A stretch of 62,715 nucleotides of DNA, the filler included, from Welwitschia mirabilis (lineage: Eukaryota): assembly GCA_051453625.1 (NCBI GenBank). It is 4 parts of one record of this genome, joined end to end, with 100 filler letters (N's around TTAATTAATTAA, not from the genome) between each part and the next. Parts side by side here need not be neighbours in the genome. Positions count along the whole stretch, not along the records: positions 1 to 17,438 come from JBOZIK010000001.1; 3 more parts are not named here. One strand, written 5' to 3'. The translations under genes were made by a program, and so were the position numbers. The notes under the pieces are model-generated. The model did not search any database, had not been told where the DNA came from, and saw only the letters and a list, made by a program, of their open reading frames with translations. This document shows positions 1 through 12,410 of the stretch, one piece after another. Numbering within the stretch: the first letter of the stretch is position 1; every line of letters begins with the position of its first letter.

Positions 1-220
1 ATTTATTCACATTGTTATTATTATACTTTAAGGTCATATAAGTGTTTCATTTTAAAATTAATTCTCTTTCTTCTTGTCTATGTCTTCAATGGAGTTATGA
101 CATTTAGGTCACTTCCATCTATAGTATTGTGTTGTGTTATGTAATATATATATATATATATAAAGTCATTTTCAAGATTTATTTAAGGATGTAACATTTA
201 TATAAATATACACTACAACA
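1..220 (+). repeat. 3' part of the 5' LTR of family A copy 1
   Basis: Ends CACTACAACA immediately before the PBS; homologous to 11580-11794 and to other family-A LTR ends (TGCATTACAACA 15422, TGCACCGCAACA 37373). Confidence 0.88.
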
Positions 221-223
221 TCT

Positions 224-242
224 TAGTGCCATTGCCAGAGAA
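224..242 (+). promoter_or_regulatory. Primer-binding site, tRNA-Asp type (decayed)
   Basis: TAGTGCCATTGCCAGAGAA differs from the Athila-type TGGCGCCGTTGCCGGGGA only by transitions and lies directly after the LTR end. Confidence 0.8.
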
Positions 243-662
243 GGCTACATGGCATTCAAGGATTACTATTACTCAATTAAGTGCTTCATATTTTAGTTTA
301 GGTACTTGCCTGTAGTAGTATTATATTCTGATAGTAGAAATATAGGTTTTTTTTTTTATTTTTTCGTTTAACATTCTAAAAAAACACTTTGTTATTCCTC
401 TTGTCATTCAAATGACTTGTAGTAATGACATCCTATAAAACTTAGGATCTTTTATTTTCATTATAACTAGGATTTTCCTATCACTTCTTATATTGTCTTG
501 ATGACTTAACAGACAACTAGTCTTTTTTATTCTATTTATTTTGCGATTCTATTTTTTTGTGTTTTTCATTTTTGGATTTTTTATGTCTATTATCATCTAG
601 GTATATCATTTAAATGACCATAGAGATGACAACTATAGAAATAAGAGTGAGCATGCTAAGAC

Positions 663-3600
663 ATGGTAAATTCTAGTAAAAATATGAAATATCAAAGATA
701 GTGATTATTGATTGAGGAAAACATCCAAGAAGATTTGATTAACTATGAACTTAGCTAAGATATGCACATCATAAGTATGCAAACTATTCTAAAAATTGAG
801 CAATAAGATTTTTCTGCATTTATTATTTTTCAAAATAAATTTTAAAAGAAAATAATTTTATCACAATGTTCAATTTATTGCAAAAACAAAAAAAGGTTCT
901 TTTCTTAATCCTCCTATTGTAATCAGAACCTCTACTACCCCCATAAATCTAAACGTTAATGTTACTCTTAGAGAACTAATTGCAAATAAGAAACATGAAA
1001 TCTAAACCCTTTTTGAATTACCTCTTGGTGATGATGTCAAGTTGAGAAATTTGAATGCTTATCCTATTTTTAATGGAGAAAATGATAAATATCCCCTCTA
1101 ACATGTAACTAAAATTGAATAATTAGTGATCACTTTTGGAAATGGTAAAAAATGAATTAGTTATCATACTTACATAGTTGTTTTTCCTATCACTTTAAAA
1201 GGAAAAGCAAAATTATGGTTAAGAACTATTTTACATAAAAGCTTAAGAATATGGAACTAATTTCAAGAAGCATTTATAAAAAGATTTATGAGTGAAAAAA
1301 CAATAAGAAAAAGAAAGAAAGAGGTAATAAATTTCTAGTAACAATCTAATGAATATTATGCATTCACTTATGAATGATTTTTAATTGCAATACATTCTAA
1401 TCCTATAGATTCATTCACTCAAGAAGAATTAGTAGATTATTTCTATAGTGGACTTAATAGCCAAACAAAAAAACTTGTATATTTTTCATATAGAGGAAAT
1501 TTGATGAATCTTACATTAGAAAATATATGGATATTGATAGAATAACTAGTAGAAGTAAGTCAAACATGGCCTAAATCAATACCTAAAGAAAATCATACTA
1601 TAGGCCAAATCATAAAAGATCTTAAAAAAGTAAAACAAGAAAAAGGAGGAAGTAAAAACAAAAAAATAACTTATAAATATCATTAAAGATTTTATGAAAA
1701 CATTAGAAAAATACACTTAAATTATTTTAGATGAAAAAGTGGCAACTAAAAAGAGTGTAGTTCCAACTTGTGATTTGTGTGAAGACATCTATCATATAAT
1801 AAAATAATGTCCTTTATTGCCTACTTACAAATAAAATATTTATGAAGAGGTATGTGCATTTAACCAAAAGTCTTCAAACTTTAGAATCCAAAACCAAAAT
1901 CAAAATCAAAACTAATTTCAACCTATAATGAATGGATAATATAATTTTCAATATTTTGAAAACAACTTTAAGAAATTTCAAGTAAATCATACAAATTTTC
2001 AACTATTTAGGAATAGATTTGAGAATGCTAACTTTCAAACTGACTCAAATTTCCAACCAAGTAACTCAATTTGTTAAGAAATCAGATCAAATTCATAAAA
2101 CCAAAATGATTCACTTAGAAATTCCATTGATGAGTTAAAAAAATCTCAAGAAAAAGCAAATTCAAACATTGAAGATCTTGTTAATGTTCTTCAATAAAAT
2201 ATTCTTGCAAATAAAAGACCACAAGAATCACTTCCAATACAACCTTTACCAAACCTTAGTGAAGTAAGAAAAGCTTATAAGGTTGTGAAAAGAAGTGCAA
2301 ATAAATAACACCTCCTACTCATGAGGCTTTAACTTCCAAAATGATAAGAATGATGAAGAAGAAGAGGATATTAAAATCTTAGAAAATCATAATTTTTCTT
2401 CTCCTTTAAGAAATAAGCTTAATAAATAAAAAATTCTTCTCAAGATAAAGGTAAAAAACCTATTGCCCCTTGGCTTGATAGATTAAATACCAGCTTAACC
2501 TTTGATAATTATATTAAAGCTTTCATGAAAAATGTGAGCATAAATTTATCATTTTGGAAACTCTTGTAAGAAAATCCTAAATATTCTAAGTTGTTAAAGA
2601 TTTAATTGGGAGAAAACAAAAATAAACTCTACCTAATAAAGTCTTCCTGGTTTAATTTATAATTAACTTGGTTTTTTAAAAATGTCCAAAATTTAAGAAT
2701 CCAAGGAAAGCAACAATTAGTGTTACTTTAGAATGAAATAAAAGAATAAATAAAGCCTTAATTAATATAGAAGGGAGTGAGCTTTAATATTATACCTTTA
2801 CACATTTATCAATTACTTGGTTTGAAAAGTAGAATTGAGCCTATATAGATTGTCTTAAAATTGGCAAATACATCAATGAATAAATCTTTAGGAGTAATAA
2901 AAGATTTGGTAATTTAAATTAAGGAATCCTTCTATCCAATAGATGTAGTTGTAATTAAAGTTGAGAATAATGGAGGATATCCACTAATTCTAGGTAGAGC
3001 TTTTCATGTGACAACTCACTGTATAGAAATTGGAATGATGAAATGTCACTTAGGAAATAAAAAGTTTACCATTAGAGTTTTTGATGTTGCTAAAAAATAC
3101 CTTATTGATGAGTTAAATATTGAAAGAGAAATTAAGCTAACATTATTTTTACAATGTCATCCACTTAAAGATATATAGTTAGTGCTTCATGAACCTATCT
3201 TGTTTAATGATTCACTTAAAGTAGAAAACTTGAAATCTTTTGATGATAGTTAACTCAATTATTAACATTTAGGAACTAATTATTTTAATCAGGAGACTAA
3301 AGAATCTAAAACTACAATTTGTAAAGAAGTTCAACATTTGAAAACAACTAAGATTTCATATTTTGAGAAAGGTCATCTATCCTAATCATTTAGACGATAG
3401 TCTAAGACAACAGTCAACTTTGATAGAAACTAAAATTCTAAAATTAAATATAAAACATTTACCCAGTGTACTAAAATATATTTCTATATGTAACAAGAAA
3501 AAAAAATCATTGATAATAAATGAGAATCTTTTTCTTCAATAAGAAATAATTTTAATATCACTTTTAAATTCTAAGGTTAATGCATTTACTTAGTCCTACA

Positions 3601-6320
3601 AATATTTAACAGCCATTCCTACTTCCATTATGCAACATAAAATCTACCTTGAGAATAATGCAAAACCTATTAGGCAACCACAATGTAGACTAAATACATT
3701 CCTTAAACAAGTTATAAAAGATGAAATTATTAAATTAATAGATGCCAAAATTATTTATGCCAGATTTAATAGTGAGTGGGTTAGCCTTTGATGGCAGTGT
3801 ATAAGAAAGATGGAAAGTGGAGAATGTGTATTGATTTTAGAAAGCTAATTGAAGTAACTAAGAAAGATTATTATCCTTTATCTTTCCTTAACCAAATACT
3901 TGATAAAATCCAAAGATATGTCTTTATTGCTTTCTTGATGGGTATAGTGATTACAATCAAGTTTGTATTGCTAGTGAGGATTAAGCTAAAAAAGCTTTTA
4001 CTTTATCTTTTGGAACTTTTGCCTTTATATGCATGTCTTTTATACTTTCTAATGCTCTTAATACTTTTTAATGAGTAATGATGGATATGTTTTTGGTTAT
4101 GTTAGAGAAGTCAATTAAAATTTTATGGATGACTTTTCAATCTATGGTAAAAACTTTGAACAAATCCTAGAAAAGTTAGAAAAAGTTCTTAAGAGATGCA
4201 TTAAGAGTGGCCTACATTTAAGTTAAGAAAAGGGTTTCTTTTTAGTTGATAGTCAAATTATCTTAAGTCACTATAGTTATAATAAAGGAATTAAGATGGA
4301 CCATGAAATTAAGCATCATTAGAAACCTAACTCCTCTAATAAATGTAAAACAAATTTAATTTCTCCTTGTTTATTGTGGTTTTTATCAACATTTTATTCA
4401 AGATTATGCTAAAATTTATAAACCCCTTTACTCATTGCTTGAAAAAGAAGCTAAATTTAAATGGAATAAATCTTGTTATCTTTCTTTTGAAACACTTAAA
4501 TATAGAATCTCTTATACACCTATTCTAATGAAACTTGATTAGAACAAGGATTTTAAATTAATGTGTGATGCTAGTAATATTATCATAGGTGGGGTTCTTA
4601 GATAAAAATATGATAATTATTTTAAATTTATATCCTATCATAGCAAAAATTTATCTAATGCTCAATTAAATTACACTACTACTAAGAAAGAAATGTTAGC
4701 AATAATCTTTTACCGTAATATGCTTAGATACTATCTTTTAGGTTTTCATACGAATGTTTATACTAACCATGTAACTATTAGATACCTTATGAACAAGAAA
4801 GATTATAGTGATAAACTTATTAGATGGATCCTCCTCATGTAAGAATTTAATTTAATCATCATTAGTAAAGTAGAAAAGCATAATAGTGTAGCATATTATT
4901 TGTCACATCTCTCTTCTTCTCTTAATAATCTTATAATTGATGATTTTTTTTAGATGAATAACTTTTTACCATATCTTCTATTCATCCTCCTACTTGATAT
5001 GTTGACATAGTTAATTATCTTATTATCATTAAAACACTATAACATTAGACTCATAATCAAAGAAAATCCTTTCTTCATAGAATAGGTAATTATAAATGTA
5101 TTGAACCATATTTTTACCATAGGTGCAAAGACCAAGCTATGAGAAAATGTATGCCTGAATAGAAAAACTAGTCATCCTTAATCTTTACTATGGTGATGTT
5201 TGTGGATGTCATTTTAGTGAATAGAAAATAGCAATAAAAGTCCTTCACTCTAGTTTTTATTATCCTAGGCCTTTTTAGGACTTTTTTAATTTTACTAAAA
5301 GGTGTGATGTTTGTTAACATTATGGTATCCTTATTCATTATTATGAGACACCTATTAAACCTATTCTTGAATGCGAACCTTTTGATTATTAGTAATTGAT
5401 TTTATAGGACCTATCAAACCACCTTGTAATGATAAGAACTATATTTTCATGGTTGTTGATTATGTTACTAAATAGATTGAAGCTATTTCTACTTTTATGA
5501 TGGATGCCTAAACTATTTACACTTTTGTTAGAGCTCATATTTTTTAATGTTTTGGTTTTCCTAGAATTATCATTACTAATCAAGAAACTCATTTTAGTAA
5601 TTAACTTTTTAAGAAACTTCTTTTATTCATTGGTATTGAACATAGAGTAGCTTATGTTTATCATCTACAAACTAATTGTTAAACTAAAAATGAAAATAGA
5701 GAAATAAAAAAAATGATATAAAAAATTATCTCTATTGATAAGAAATCTTGGGCTTCTAAGCTTAATGATGTTATTTGGGCTGATCATACTACTTGGCAAA
5801 ATCTCTTGTTTTTTTACCTTATGAATTTATGTATGAAAAAGTTTGTATTTTATCAATTGATGTGTGTTATACCTTTTATTATTATTTCTATAAACTTAAT
5901 CCTATATACCTTTATAAAAATATTAAAAATAAATTAGTCCAACTTAATCACTTAGATGAAAAATGTACTCATGCTATACATTATCAACTCATTTACAAAG
6001 ACCAAGCTAAGTTCAAACATGATATAAAGTTACTTCATAAAAAGTTTGAGCTTGGTCAACTTATTCTTTTATACAATACTAGGGTACATCTTTTACATAA
6101 CAAGTTGACCTCTAAATGATTAGGTCTTTATCTTACAGAGAAAGTAAATTCTAATAGCTCTATTGAGATTTCCAATTTAAACACTAATGAGATTCAAAAA
6201 ATTAATGGAAAAAGGTTGAAAACATATGAAAAACCTTTTGATGCAACCTTGAATATGATAGAAGTAACTATTTCGGAGGTTCTCCTCAATGGGGAGGACT
6301 TACTCCTTATCATTATCTAA
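663..6320 (+). pseudogene. gag-pol: gag-pol polyprotein remnant (gag, protease, RT, RNase H, integrase) with many stops and frameshifts
   Basis: Manual translation: MVNSSK (663); VFPITLKGKAKLWL (~1180); KALINIEGS (~2752) and PLILGRAF (~2981); WRMCIDFRKL (~3818); FMDDFSIYG (~4122); LMCDAS (~4558); NYTTTKKEMLA (~4670); YHLQTN (~5659); ORF 5793-6119 covers the integrase C-terminus. Confidence 0.92.
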
Positions 6321-8649
6321 ATTCTCTTTTAGAATATTCCTTTGGTGGATGTTATAATGTCACTTGATCATCTTTAGCTTAATTAGTGTGTTTTCTTTAT
6401 GAAGTTTCCATAGGTAGTATTTGTTCTTGGGCATTTTTACAGTGATAAGATTAGATTCACCTAATCTTAAAACATTCACATGTATATTAACTTCACTTTA
6501 AATGAAAATGCTTTGGTTCTTATGCTTTTTTTAATGGTGTGAGGTCTTTAATTTTTTAGGTGTATTCTTTTCTATCTTTTATCTTAGTTCTTTACCTTTA
6601 TCTTTTTGAGTATGTAATCATGGATGCCTAACAAAAAAGAAAAAAAAAAAACAGTGGTCATAACCTATTATATCTGTGCTAAAATACATGGTCACTATGA
6701 TGTCCTATCACTCAAGGTAAATTTTTCCAAAAGAAACCTTTGGTAGTATTGGTAGCTATAGGAACTCCAAATAGGAACGTTAGTTGATTATGATTTGTGG
6801 TTTTTACTTTTCTGAATATGGTTGCATTCCCCTCATCATAAAAAGTAGTAATAAAACTTTAACACTATGAGATCAATGGTGTTCCTGAAATCATCAGAGA
6901 TATTGTTTGTTTTCTAGACTCTNNNNNNNNNNNNNNNNNNNNNNNNNNNNNNNNNNNNNNNNNNNNNNNNNNNNNNNNNNNNNNNNNNNNNNNNNNNNNN
7001 NNNNNNNNNNNNNNNNNNNNNNATAAGATCAATGGTGTTCCTGGCATCATCAGAGATATTGTTTATTTCCTAGACTCTTAGTAGTCCTACATGATCATGT
7101 CACTTTTGAGGATTCGGGTGTGTTTTAGGATGTGAGTAGGTGAGTTTATGTTTGAGTAGCTTTTGATCTTATCATTCATTGTTTTAAGCACTTGATCTTT
7201 AGTTTCATCATAATTACTACCTTTTTAAGTGAAAATTTATGGAGTCAATACATTTTGTCTTGCATCTTTACTCAGGTGACTTTCCAATATCCTAAGGGGA
7301 TTTGCTAGGTTAAAATTTAGGGTAGGTATGATATCTTCATCATGGTCCTTATATTCATTTTTGTTTTATATTTTTTTGATTTCTTGGTTTGTTATTTCAA
7401 AGTTATTTCCTTTTTTTCATCATCATCTAAGACCTAATCATTCAGTAGTTTCGTTATCATTATTCATGTTGTTTTTATCAATAAAAAGTTGACTTTCTAT
7501 TAGCATTTTAATTAGATGATTTTTTTCATATTCTTAGATAATTTTTTTATGTCTTTTATGAGATTCCTTTAAGTATTTTGGAGTTCTACATATTTTTAGG
7601 GTTTTTTTTTTAGTTCAGGCACATTTGTATAGTTTTCTTTGATAGGTTTTAATATACTTAGTTCATTTTCATTACCATATCTTTTGATTCCTTTAATTTT
7701 TCCTCATTTCATATTTTTATTTGTTACGACTATTTATCATTACCTATTTTTTGAGTTTTCTGATAAAATTTGATGCTTTCACTTTCATATCTGAGTCTAG
7801 CTTGATTATTCAACACTTTATTTTCTTAAACTTTTCAAATTCTTTTCATTTACTTGGTTGATTAGATGATATAGGGGATGACACTAAGATTTTTTCTGAC
7901 AGTTATCCTAGGGTAGTTATTCAGATGACACAACTAGATGATAGCATAATAAAACCATAAGTCAACTTCTTCTCTCTCATTTTTCTTTCATTATCTATCA
8001 TTTTGATCCATTATTTTAAGAAACAATAATCACTCTGATCCATACTGTCATTCTAGAACTTTTCCTAGTCATATTCAAGTCCCAGATTGTGAATTTTTAG
8101 TAGATTTTGTAAAATAAGATATGTTTTTCTCTTCCTTATTATTTTTAGTTTTTCCTCTTATTTTTTAGCCTTTTAATTATTTTTTTTAATTCTCTTCAAT
8201 TTGAAACTTATGGATTTGATTTTTATTGCATATTTTGTGAGATATCATGAATTATGCATTTTATGAGGTAGAATTACGTTTTTTTTACTTTAAACCTCAT
8301 TTTCTCATAAACCATAAGTCAAAATGTAGTGGTCCTTTAGGGTAAATTTATCAATATGATATGCTTTATGAGTCTACTAGATTAGAGTTTTCATTTGAGC
8401 ACATTTATTTTTCACCTTATGTGGGGCTCACCTGTTTTACACTTTTTAATCTTTTTACATGTTTTATTTATTTTTTTTTAACATGATTAGGCAATATGAG
8501 ATGTATTAGCACTTTTGAGGAAGGTAGAAGGACACATTTTTATGATTTTTACACATTAAAAACCAAATTATGAGGTCATTTCAAGTATCCATGCATTACA
8601 TTTTAGCTATCTTCACTTGATTTTACATGATGCATTTTGTATTTATGAC

Positions 8650-9965
8650 TAATTAGGGAATACACATGTAGAGCTAGATAGGCTGAGGTAGATGTTAAGG
8701 CTATAGAGCTAGAGATAGGCCCATTGGCATCATTAGAGGTTAAGCAAGTAGAGCCAGTCCACCCTTCACCTCATCACGCTAGGTCTTTCTTTACTTAAAT
8801 AGCTATCATTTATATCGAGAGAAATTTTGGAGACTTTATGAATCACTTAGAGCCATAGATGGNNNNNNNNNNNNNNNNNNNNNNNNNNNNNNNNNNNNNN
8901 NNNNNNNNNNNNNNNNNNNNNNNNNNNNNNNNNNNNNNNNNNNNNNNNNNNNNNNNNNNNNNATGAATCATTTAGAGCCAGAGATGGACTAGAGGATTAT
9001 AGATCTATAGCTATAGTGGATTATTAATGCATAAAGGGCACACTATGTGACAGAGACGAGGGAGTTCTATGATACTATTCATATACAATGGCACCTTGAT
9101 ATTTGTGGCTAACTCATTGACATGATTGTAGCTATCATTTTTGGCCACAAGATCACGATTCTTCTAATCACATTATTTTAGTTACTAATCTAAGTTATAT
9201 CAAAAGTACACATATTTATTTATTTGATAGGACAGAAGAGCATTATGCTTATGGCATAGCATTAGATATACTAGCTGACTTGACTATAGATAGATGGGAA
9301 GTTTTGGTTATATATTTATTAATTTTCTATCGGATTATTTACAAAGGACTAATTCATAACCTTAGCTCATCATTTCAAAATAGGCACATAATGGTTGCAT
9401 AGCTCCAAATGTTAGCAGTGTTTAGGTAGAAGGAGTAGATGGACCTACTAACTTTCATTTAGAAAAGACTTAGGAGCATTATTGAGGCACACTAGCTTTA
9501 GACTCTAGGATATCTATGCCTTCTCTCAGTCATGTTTAGATGTTTTGGGATACCTAAGCTTATGGATGAGTAGAAACTTATACATTTTAGACTTTAGCTC
9601 ATTACCTATAGAACATTAGCATCTAGATACCAAGAGAGGCATAGAAACCTCAGATACAGAGACCTATAATTGATATTACTAGAGAGCATATTTAGACTCT
9701 TCTAGCAGAGACAACACAGATTATCCAAGAGATAGTAGATTGAGATATCTCCACACTTGAGAAGAGGATCTTGATGATTAAGAGAAGAGTGCAACACACC
9801 AAGGAACAATTAGGTAATGTGCAACAGTGCATCTTACATATCAAGCATGATGTGAGATAGTTAGAATGCAGGAAGATGAGATAACATGCACTATCATGTC
9901 ATCATTGGACCATCGTTTCCTTGCTGATCTTGAGCATTCTCTTTCTTCGCCATCTACACCTAAGC
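8650..9965 (+). pseudogene. env-like additional ORF of Athila type, decayed; boundaries approximate
   Basis: Lies between pol and the 3' LTR. Reads HYVTETREFYDTI at 9041-9079, like the YP.LVREFY.N motif of plant retroelement env-like ORFs, followed by IFGHKITI. Confidence 0.65.
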
Positions 9966-10530
9966 ATGTTGTGCATTAGGAGTTCATTATGACTCAATAA
10001 GGGAAGTGATTTATATATATTATATTATGTATCTTCCCTCCATAGATTGTATAAAAACTCATGATTTATATAGGTATATCATTTTTTTAAGTATCATCAT
10101 GGCATAAATCTTTATTATTGGATATTATTTATATCTTTTACATATATTTTTGAAACTTTACAATGAGATTTTTTATGTTATACATGATTATTTTTTAGTA
10201 TCTATTGTACATTTGAATGGAGAGCTATTAATATTGATGTATTTTAATGTCTAACTTTCTAAAACATTTCCCACAAGCTTTTGTTTTTCAAGAATAATTT
10301 TCAACCTATCCTCCCCTCCATTATCCAAACGGCAGCCAAGATGATAGTAAGGGCACTTGTATTACATAAGTAAAACATTCAATTATCTATTTTTGCCAAT
10401 TTTATTCTACATTTTAAGATTCTTAGAATTATTTCAAAGTTTATTTGATAGTCCTCTAGTTGATTTATTATTAGATAATTTAGCTTGCAATTATGGTTGT
10501 TCACCTGGTTTTATCAGGGACTGACAAGGC

Positions 10531-10545
10531 TAAGTGGAGAAGTTA
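10531..10545 (+). promoter_or_regulatory. Polypurine tract
   Basis: TAAGTGGAGAAG just before the LTR start; same context as the minus-strand copies at ~54579-54590 (AAGTGGAGGG) and ~58783-58796 (AAGTAGGGGGG). Confidence 0.75.
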
Positions 10546-11794
10546 TGTTATGTTATCAAATTGTATGTATTTCATAGGATATCTTAATTATTTTTATAGT
10601 ACATTAAATAGGCTTATACTGAGTTTAATAATAATAGAAAGCTAAGATAAATGTTACAAAAACATGTAATCTTCATCACATTTGATAGCATTTAAAGCAA
10701 ATTATAATACTTCCTATCTAAAATAGCAATCCTACAATTAAAGAGGCTAATTTGCCANNNNNNNNNNNNNNNNNNNNNNNNNNNNNNNNNNNNNNNNNNN
10801 NNNNNNNNNNNNNNNNNNNNNNNNNNNNNNNNNNNNNNNNNNNNNNNNNNNTTACTCTAGTAGCTGATGTGGAACTTGTATAATATGGCATCATGTCTTG
10901 GGATGTCTGGGTGACTAGTAGAATGATACCTAATAATAATACTTTACCAAACTTCACCAAACTCTAGCCATGTGTGTTGCACCTTCTTGCATAGCTGTTA
11001 AGATTGTTACCACATCTATTAGCATTTGCTAATTTTAAAGTTTATTTTGTAATAACTATCTCCTCTACCTTCAATGCTATTTTTATCTTCTTTGTCATTA
11101 AAAATTTTTGTGACAAGATATTAAATGGTAGAAGGTCCATCCATTATTATTGCAGAGAGACATCTTCCTTAGTATTGTGGTATATATCCTTCATTAAGAT
11201 GTTGTTTCTTTGTAATAGAATGTTGGTTTGACTTAAAAAACTATATTTTTCTTTTTATATCTTTTGTTATGTGCATCTTCCTTATAGTTTATGTTGCTTG
11301 TAATTCTGTGAAAGCTTCATTTATGATATAGATCATGAAGGCAACCTTTGTTAAGATTTACATTATTAGTTATGATGCATTACAGTTCATTTTCTAGATT
11401 AATTTTACATTATTTTTATATCTTCTTTGACACATCTGATAGCTTAGGTTTATCTTGGTCTGGTGATAGCTTTTTTTAATTGATATATATTATACAGGGG
11501 TTATCTTCATGATAGGTTAATTTGATAATTGGACAGAAGTTACATTTGAAATAGAACTTGCATCTCATTTACATAGTACATTTATTTGCATTATTATTAT
11601 TATTCTAATTTAAGATTACATAAGTATTTTATTTTGAAATCAATTCTCTTTCTTCTTACTTATGCCTTTGACATAATTATAACATTTGGATTACTTCCAT
11701 CTATATTAGTATGTTGTGTTATATAATATATATATTTTAGTAATTTTAGGATTTATTTGAGGACATAACATTTGCATAAATATGCACTGCAAGA
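10546..11794 (+). repeat. 3' LTR of family A copy 1 (~1.25 kb, contains an N gap)
   Basis: Starts TGTTATGTTATCAAATT (compare TGTTGCACTGTCAAATT on the minus strand at 54575) and ends TGCACTGCAAGA; similar length to LTR 53315-54575. Confidence 0.85.
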
Positions 11795-12410
11795 GCATTC
11801 ATCTTATGGTTTGGTAAAAATTTTGATATAAAATTCTTGTTTAAATTATACTAGGATTTAATGGATAAGGGCTTGAGGGTTTAGAGCCATGATTTATCCT
11901 TTTATTTTAGGAAGAATGTAAAAATAATGATCCTAATAGTGTCTTAAGTGTTTAAATATTAGATTATAGTTGATAATACACACTTAAAATCCTTAAGGTA
12001 TAAGTATGAATCCTTTAATTTTAGGCCATGAGAGTAAGGTAATAGTTGCATTATGAATGTTATAAATTCTAATATTTGAGATACAGGTAATTATACTATG
12101 CACAAAAGGATTTTTAAGCATTGAGTCTACATGTAGTTGCAAAGGGTTTATTTAAGGGAGGAGTTAGTTGCATTGTCTTGGTTTTAGTTTTACAATTTAT
12201 TTTGGCCAAGGTTTTGAGCTATTTCTTGATTAGAGTAGTAGGTGTGAAGGTTTTTTATCAGTTTTAATTTGATCATAGTATGTTGAAAGAGCATTGGAAA
12301 CCAGATTAGGCATTCTAGTTTTACTACTAGGATAAAGATGCTTTCCTCATGGGGCTGGGTTTTATATGGAATTCTCTATTCTTCATTTCCTTTAGTGTTA
12401 GGATCCATGT
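11795..12410 (-). pseudogene. gag: Retrotransposon gag (capsid core) remnant
   Basis: Minus strand reads MQLLPYSHGLKLKDSYLYLKDF...RIIIFTFFLK*KDKSWL*TLKPLSIKS*YNLNKNFISKFLP, matching the LLP.FHGL..EDPY.HL / LFPFSL.D.A..WL gag consensus. Confidence 0.8.

Larger units (their letters stand above)
1..11794 (+). mobile_element. Decayed Athila-like Ty3/gypsy LTR retrotransposon, family A copy 1 (5' LTR cut by window edge)
   Basis: Order is LTR end (220), tRNA-Asp PBS, gag, PR-RT-RH-IN, env-like ORF, PPT, LTR. Bases 1-220 align by eye to ~11580-11794. Confidence 0.93.

Noticed and set aside
144..162. (TA)n run in the LTR, and poly-A runs (6632-6651, 31403-31419)
   Set aside because: Ordinary slippage tracts; no TSD or SINE body identified.
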